Below, in pieces: positions 27,802 to 32,000 of a stretch of 32,000 nt of DNA (position 1 is the stretch's first letter; each line of letters starts with the position of its first letter). The notes under the pieces are model-generated. The model was not told where the DNA came from. It saw only the letters and a program-made list of their open reading frames with translations, and searched no databases. This DNA comes from Desulfocapsa sulfexigens DSM 10523. GTDB lineage: Bacteria; Desulfobacterota; Desulfobulbia; Desulfobulbales; Desulfocapsaceae. The position numbers were made by a program, and so were the translations under genes. The stretch is from contig NC_020304.1 of NCBI RefSeq assembly GCF_000341395.1, positions 870,001 through 902,000 on the forward strand, in the 5' to 3' direction.

Positions 27802-28122
27802 TTAAATCGGAGGGGTGATGGTGACCACGATACGCATATCGCTTTCCGCTTTAACCCCATGCGGCTCCCTTATTTCAGAAATAAGAATATCACCTGTTTT
27901 GGCAGGTATCTCAGCTTCATCCTTTCCCAGAAAATACCCACTCCCCTCGATGACATGGATGGAAAGCTGACCATCCAAATCATGGGAGTGGACCGGAAAG
28001 GTATGACCAGCAGAAAGATTGAAGTTGATTATTTTAAAATTGGGCGAATCCTGGACAAGGAAGAACCGTTTCATTCCGCCTTCCGTAAACTCTCTGGTCT
28101 CATCAAGACTTATCTTTTTCAT
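27802..28122 (-). CDS. Cupin-domain protein
   Basis: MKKISLDETREF...FNLSAGHTFPVHSHDLDGQLSIHVIEGSGYFLGKDEAEIPAKTGDILISEIREPHGVKAES. Confidence 0.85.
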   Translation of the reverse strand: MKKISLDETREFTEGGMKRFFLVQDSPNFKIINFNLSAGHTFPVHSHDLDGQLSIHVIEGSGYFLGKDEAEIPAKTGDILISEIREPHGVKAESDMRIVVTITPPI

Positions 28123-28209
28123 GGAACTCCTCCTCACATAAGGAAAGGATCCGAAGTAAAAACCACCTCGGACGACCTCTTTTGTTGTATCCGTATGTCC
28201 TGAACAGGA

Positions 28210-28398
28210 CTACTCATCTTCAAGTTCGATAGCACCGACCGGGCACGATTCCACCGCCTCCTCGCAGTTACAGGTGGAACACTTGTCAGATCCGATGACC
28301 CAGGATTTCTCGTCTCGGATTTCGAAAACTTCGGGACAGAGCTCGGCACATATTTCACAGCCAATACACAATTCATGATCAACGATAGGCTTTGCCAT
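28210..28398 (-). CDS. 4Fe-4S ferredoxin
   Basis: MAKPIVDHELCIGCEICAELCPEVFEI...KCSTCNCEEAVESCPVGAIELEDE, with an AGGAGG RBS upstream. Confidence 0.88.
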   Translation of the reverse strand: MAKPIVDHELCIGCEICAELCPEVFEIRDEKSWVIGSDKCSTCNCEEAVESCPVGAIELEDE

Positions 28399-28501
28399 AA
28401 CATCCTCCTTTGTGAAATCATTTTCACATAATAGGCAAAAAAATATTATCCCTGAAAGCCAAGCAAAAAAGTGCACAGCCCCAGGTTGTTTCTACTTGTC
28501 G

Positions 28502-29119
28502 TCATCCGGAACCCCGCTCGTTTTTTCCGGTCAGCAGCAGTCGAAAAAGTGGCCATGCTGCGCTGAAATGCCCCTCAACATCAAACTGTCCTTCACTCAT
28601 GTGCCAGAGCAGGGCCGCTGGCTGGACAATACCAAAAAACATCCTGGCTACGGCTCCAGGTTCCAGGCTACTCCGAATCTCTCCCTTAGCCTGTCCTTCA
28701 CGAATGATCTCTTCCAGTTCTGCGAGATAACTGCTGACGATAAAGAACATCTGTTGACGCCTGATCCGTTTCTGCCCCCACAACTCGTCGGAAAAGACGA
28801 TGCGCGGGATACCCTGGTTCTGGATGATCAGCCTGCTATGACGGACAAGCAATTCATGGAGGCGATCGACGGCGTTTTCTCTTATCTGCCGAACATTCAC
28901 TATATTTCTATAGAGTTTACCCCGTATATGTTCCAGGATTGCGCTTAAGATTGCATCCCTGTTTTTGAAGTGACGGTAGAGTGCCGAAGGGGCCAAACCC
29001 AGATGGGCGGCAATCTCAGTGACCTTCAGCTTTTTCACCTCGTTATCACTAAGGATGTGCAAGGCAGCTTCGACGATCTGTTCCTTCCGTATGCCCGAGG
29101 AAAGTTTTTCCGTAGTCAT
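28502..29119 (-). CDS. TetR-family transcriptional regulator
   Basis: IRKEQIVEAALHILSDN...KLKVTEIAAHLGLAPSALYRHFKNRDAILSAI. Confidence 0.93.
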   Translation of the reverse strand: MTTEKLSSGIRKEQIVEAALHILSDNEVKKLKVTEIAAHLGLAPSALYRHFKNRDAILSAILEHIRGKLYRNIVNVRQIRENAVDRLHELLVRHSRLIIQNQGIPRIVFSDELWGQKRIRRQQMFFIVSSYLAELEEIIREGQAKGEIRSSLEPGAVARMFFGIVQPAALLWHMSEGQFDVEGHFSAAWPLFRLLLTGKNERGSG

Positions 29120-29216
29120 ATTATTTGCTCCTTAAGTGAACTTAAATTCACATTAGGCAGTCCCTGTTGTGTTGTCAATCCCGAAAAAGACAAAATCAAG
29201 TTCCTATCACTATCGA

Positions 29217-29666
29217 CTACAAGTTGTTCAGCAAATCCAGTTGTTGGCGATCAAGTATGTTACTGGTATTGTAAACACAGCGAAGATGAACCATGCTTGC
29301 CTCAGCCTTCAACCCGGCAATGGCTTGAACGAGTGATTGTAGCTCATCGGGAGTCTTTCCCGATAAAATCCCCTCTGCAACCTGTTTCTCCAGCGGTGCA
29401 ATTTCCTGACCCAGTTTTCGAACATCTTCAATAGTTTCCTTCCTCACTACAAGCAGTTTGCCCTTCTGTTCTTCTGAAAGACGTAATTCCGGATTATCCC
29501 ACTGTTGCATCAGCAGCTGGGTAAGGTGAGGAATTTTACCTGTTATTAGAAAAGGAGGACTGTTTCCCTGTTTTCCATTCACCCTTCCCTGGGCCATAAG
29601 ATTAGCGGCTGACAGGGAGAGTATCATCATTAAAACAGCGACCAAGGCAATACGAGTTTTTGTCAT
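29217..29666 (-). CDS. Periplasmic Spy/CpxP/ZraP-like protein
   Basis: Signal peptide; LTQLLMQQWDNPELRLSEEQKGKLLVVRKETIEDVRKLGQEIAPLEKQVAEGILSG. Confidence 0.65.
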   Translation of the reverse strand: MTKTRIALVAVLMMILSLSAANLMAQGRVNGKQGNSPPFLITGKIPHLTQLLMQQWDNPELRLSEEQKGKLLVVRKETIEDVRKLGQEIAPLEKQVAEGILSGKTPDELQSLVQAIAGLKAEASMVHLRCVYNTSNILDRQQLDLLNNL

Positions 29667-29741
29667 TTTTATTTATCCTTATTTTGTGCTCAGGGTGCCA
29701 AAACTAACAACCTGCTAATCGAACTGAAAGGAGTAACAAAT

Positions 29742-29776
29742 AAAGAGCACTGAAGAAAAGCTTTCAAGTGCTCTTT
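29742..29776 (-). terminator. Probable intrinsic terminator downstream of the beta-barrel gene
   Basis: AAAGAGCACT...AGTGCTCTTT 10-bp stem with U-rich tail on the minus strand. Confidence 0.6.
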
Positions 29777-29822
29777 AGTGTTCTTCTATAATGTCACGCT
29801 GAATACAGCTACGTTACAGTTC

Positions 29823-30440
29823 CTAAAAGCTGTAACGTAGTCCAAGCATCAGGTCATTGCTGTTAACATTGAAATCAGCACCATCAATGCTAGCCTCACT
29901 GGTACCAATAAACCTGTACTGAGCATCAACAGACCACTGGTCGTTGAAAGCATAGGCTACACCCCCAATGAACTGGTATGTGAATACATCGTCACTGTCG
30001 GAATCATTAAAGCCAGCGTCGTTGATGTCAAGTTTAGACCAGCCTATTCCGCCACCGACAAATGGTGTCCAGGCAGAGCCGGTATCAACATCGTAAAAAC
30101 CATTGACCATAAAGGAAAGAGTTTTCAGGTCGCCCTCGTTAAAGCTACCGTAATAGTTGTTGTAGTACGTTATATCAAGGTCATTCTTTTGTTTGATAAT
30201 CTCTAGTTCCATACGCATCGGGCTCACAAAATCATACCCTGCAGCAAGAGAACCTACAAAGCCGCTGTCATATGTCATTTTGGCTGTCCCGCCTCCATTT
30301 GGCATGTTGTCTATATCAGCATCCATACCCATACCTATGCCTATATTCCCCTTAATGTAAAAGGAATCTTTGGCGGCCATTGAACTCACAGGAGCAACGA
30401 GTACAGTCAGCGTTGCTACAGTTAATAAGGTTTTTTTCAT
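29823..30440 (-). CDS. Outer-membrane beta-barrel protein (OmpA/Opa-like porin family)
   Basis: Signal peptide; KGNIGIGMG...SLAAGYDF...TPFVGGGIGWSKL...YQFIGGVAYAFNDQWSVDAQYRFIG...NDLMLGLRYSF. Confidence 0.85.
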   Translation of the reverse strand: MKKTLLTVATLTVLVAPVSSMAAKDSFYIKGNIGIGMGMDADIDNMPNGGGTAKMTYDSGFVGSLAAGYDFVSPMRMELEIIKQKNDLDITYYNNYYGSFNEGDLKTLSFMVNGFYDVDTGSAWTPFVGGGIGWSKLDINDAGFNDSDSDDVFTYQFIGGVAYAFNDQWSVDAQYRFIGTSEASIDGADFNVNSNDLMLGLRYSF

Positions 30441-30517
30441 TTTATATTCCTCTTTTGAAAATTTAATAAAGATAAATATTTTCTTATATAATTTCTACAT
30501 CGACACAGATATAAGCT

Positions 30518-30826
30518 TTAGCGTTTCCGGCCACCTCCCCCACCACTCCCACGCCTTTGCTGAGTACTACTATCATCTCTTTTTGCATTGGCTGGTTGTC
30601 CAGTGTATTGCTGCCGTTCCTCTGGCGTCATATTCTGCATGCGCTCCTGCCATTCAGAACGAAAAGCATTACGCTCTTCCTCGCTTGCCTCCTGCAGAGT
30701 TCCCCGCGAGTTACTGAGTTCTTCATTACTCATGCTGGAATAATCGTTTACTGCCCATACCGGTGTTGCTGCTGTCATGAACGTCATGGTCAACATAATT
30801 GCTGTTTTTTGAATCTTGCATGTCAT
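30518..30826 (-). CDS. Small secreted protein with basic Gly-rich C-terminus
   Basis: Signal peptide; SEWQERMQNMTPEERQQYTGQPANAKRDDSSTQQRRGSGGGGGRKR. Confidence 0.65.
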   Translation of the reverse strand: MTCKIQKTAIMLTMTFMTAATPVWAVNDYSSMSNEELSNSRGTLQEASEEERNAFRSEWQERMQNMTPEERQQYTGQPANAKRDDSSTQQRRGSGGGGGRKR

Positions 30827-30895
30827 GATTTTTCCTCCATATTTTTTTGGGAATCATAATTCACAGGCCGTCTTAAGTTCCTCACCTGCTCCATC

Positions 30896-31714
30896 TCATT
30901 TGTTTTGGCTCTTGTTTCCAAGCAATTGTATGCCATTTCTTCCTACACCCTCACGATCCTTGAGGGTCGCATTCTTAGCCAGGTATACTTTTGCCCATAT
31001 TTCAATCGGTTCATGGCTGCCACCGCCCTGTGCACCTCCTTTTCCTCCCATTTTTTTGCCACCTCCTCCACCACCCCTTCCGCCTCGACCACCACCGGAA
31101 GATACTTTGCCGGATGGTTTTTCTGGTTTACCGGTCTCAAGCCCGACACCGATAGTGTTGTTTTTTTTTGAGTAAGTTAGTGGAACTTTCAGTTCATAAA
31201 CCAGATACCCTTGCTGCATTCCGAGTCGGACATATATCCCCATTTCTTCAGCTTTGTTCGTCGGTAATGTTTGACGGGTCTCTTCCACCCCACTGAGTAT
31301 GGCCAGGCTGTACTGTGTATCTTCCAGCATTTCCTCCATACCATTTCTTGTTTTATGGTCTGACATGCGTCCCGGGATCAGATTTTGTCTGGCAAGTGGG
31401 AACTGTAGGCCGAATGTTTTTCTGTTCTCTCCTGTGTCATCAAGCCATACGGTGAAACCGGTTCGCAAAAGCATCATATTGGTAACCTGGTTTCTACTTA
31501 ACAAGCGGATATAGAGACTATCCTCATCGTTCATCATAGACACTCGCACCCTGGAATTTTCATCAAAATACTGTGGATTTTCCGGCCAGGCAGCATCTCT
31601 ACCGTTTAAAGAAATCGGTTCAGTCCACTGGCTTTGCAGTTCCACTTCGTTACATCCAACCAGAGAGATGGTTACCAGAGGAATTAAGAGGGTAAGGAGC
31701 TTAGTTGGTTTCAT
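30896..31714 (-). CDS. Lipoprotein with DOMON/CBM9-like region and Gly-rich insert
   Basis: Lipobox-like VTISLVGCN; LNGRDAAWPENPQYFDENSRVRVSMMNDEDSLYIRLL...TGFTVWLDDTG; insert SSGGGRGGRGGGGGGKKMGGKGGAQGGGSHEP. Confidence 0.7.
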   Translation of the reverse strand: MKPTKLLTLLIPLVTISLVGCNEVELQSQWTEPISLNGRDAAWPENPQYFDENSRVRVSMMNDEDSLYIRLLSRNQVTNMMLLRTGFTVWLDDTGENRKTFGLQFPLARQNLIPGRMSDHKTRNGMEEMLEDTQYSLAILSGVEETRQTLPTNKAEEMGIYVRLGMQQGYLVYELKVPLTYSKKNNTIGVGLETGKPEKPSGKVSSGGGRGGRGGGGGGKKMGGKGGAQGGGSHEPIEIWAKVYLAKNATLKDREGVGRNGIQLLGNKSQNK

Positions 31715-31841
31715 AATGTTCTCTCTTTTGTTTTTTGTTAAACCTCTTGACTTGAATCGATAATGATTTGTCGATTAGCCTTGGATTTTTCTAAAGTACA
31801 GCACTCTCTGACTGATTGCTGTTAAGCTCCGGTCAAGTTGT

Positions 31842-31856
31842 GTAAAGTTGTGTAAA
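31842..31856. promoter_or_regulatory. Perfect CpxR-box-like direct repeat
   Basis: GTAAA-GTTGT-GTAAA in the intergenic region between divergent genes 31714(-) and 31921(+). Confidence 0.7.
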
Positions 31857-31920
31857 GCTATTACACTGATTAGAAATAGTGCAGTAGTATCCGAGAGAGA
31901 ATGATCTTCGGAGGAGACGA

Positions 31921-32000
31921 TATGAAAACAATTTTAGTCATTGATGATGACAAAGAACTGTGCGAGTTGCTGGTTGAATTTTTACAGCCAGAAGGATTTA
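31921..32000 (+). CDS. Response regulator, CpxR-like (partial)
   Basis: MKTILVIDDDKELCELLVEFLQPEGF..., receiver domain N-terminus closely resembling CpxR. Confidence 0.85.

Noticed and set aside
28412-28948. 178-aa plus-strand ORF
   Set aside because: Antisense to the well-supported TetR gene.
31830-31858. GTTGTGTAAA tandem repeat as a possible CRISPR or microsatellite
   Set aside because: Only two copies; explained better as the GTAAA-N5-GTAAA CpxR box.
1-32000. CRISPR arrays, tRNA/rRNA genes, transposases, phage modules
   Set aside because: None recognised by eye on either strand; no repeated spacer-like pattern or mobile-element protein signatures seen. A tRNAscan-SE or Infernal run would be needed for certainty.

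Overview
Gene-dense chromosomal window; gene content suggests an anaerobic Desulfobacterota-like bacterium (inference only). Left to right: partial MoxR-type AAA+ ATPase (-); a periplasmic tandem-rhodanese gene that is continuous across two in-frame UGA codons placed exactly in the catalytic C-x-G-x-x-C loop, each followed by a correctly placed hairpin (candidate double-selenocysteine protein UxGxxU); a translationally adjacent hybrid sensor kinase whose sensor region carries a CxxCH heme-c motif; two overlapping ABC exporter half-transporters; a cobalamin riboswitch with a terminator expression platform, followed by a TonB receptor, CbiK-type chelatase, BtuF-like binding protein, ExbB, ExbD and TonB; a GH17-GT2 glucan synthase convergent with an LTA-synthase/OpgB-like protein and a lytic transglycosylase; a TetR regulator interrupted at a canonical A_AAA_AAG -1 slippery site and flanked by matching operator-like palindromes; a DUF1566-like lipoprotein; a putative nitrite/hydroxylamine/NO stress region (octaheme HAO-like cytochrome, hemerythrin-PAS DUF438 protein, Hcp, ferredoxin, cupin, TetR); and an envelope-stress region ending in a CpxR-like regulator preceded by a perfect GTAAA-N5-GTAAA CpxR box. 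No CRISPR array, tRNA, rRNA or transposase was recognised. The best candidate for a new system is the double-UGA rhodanese coupled to the CxxCH sensor kinase (1141..4284).
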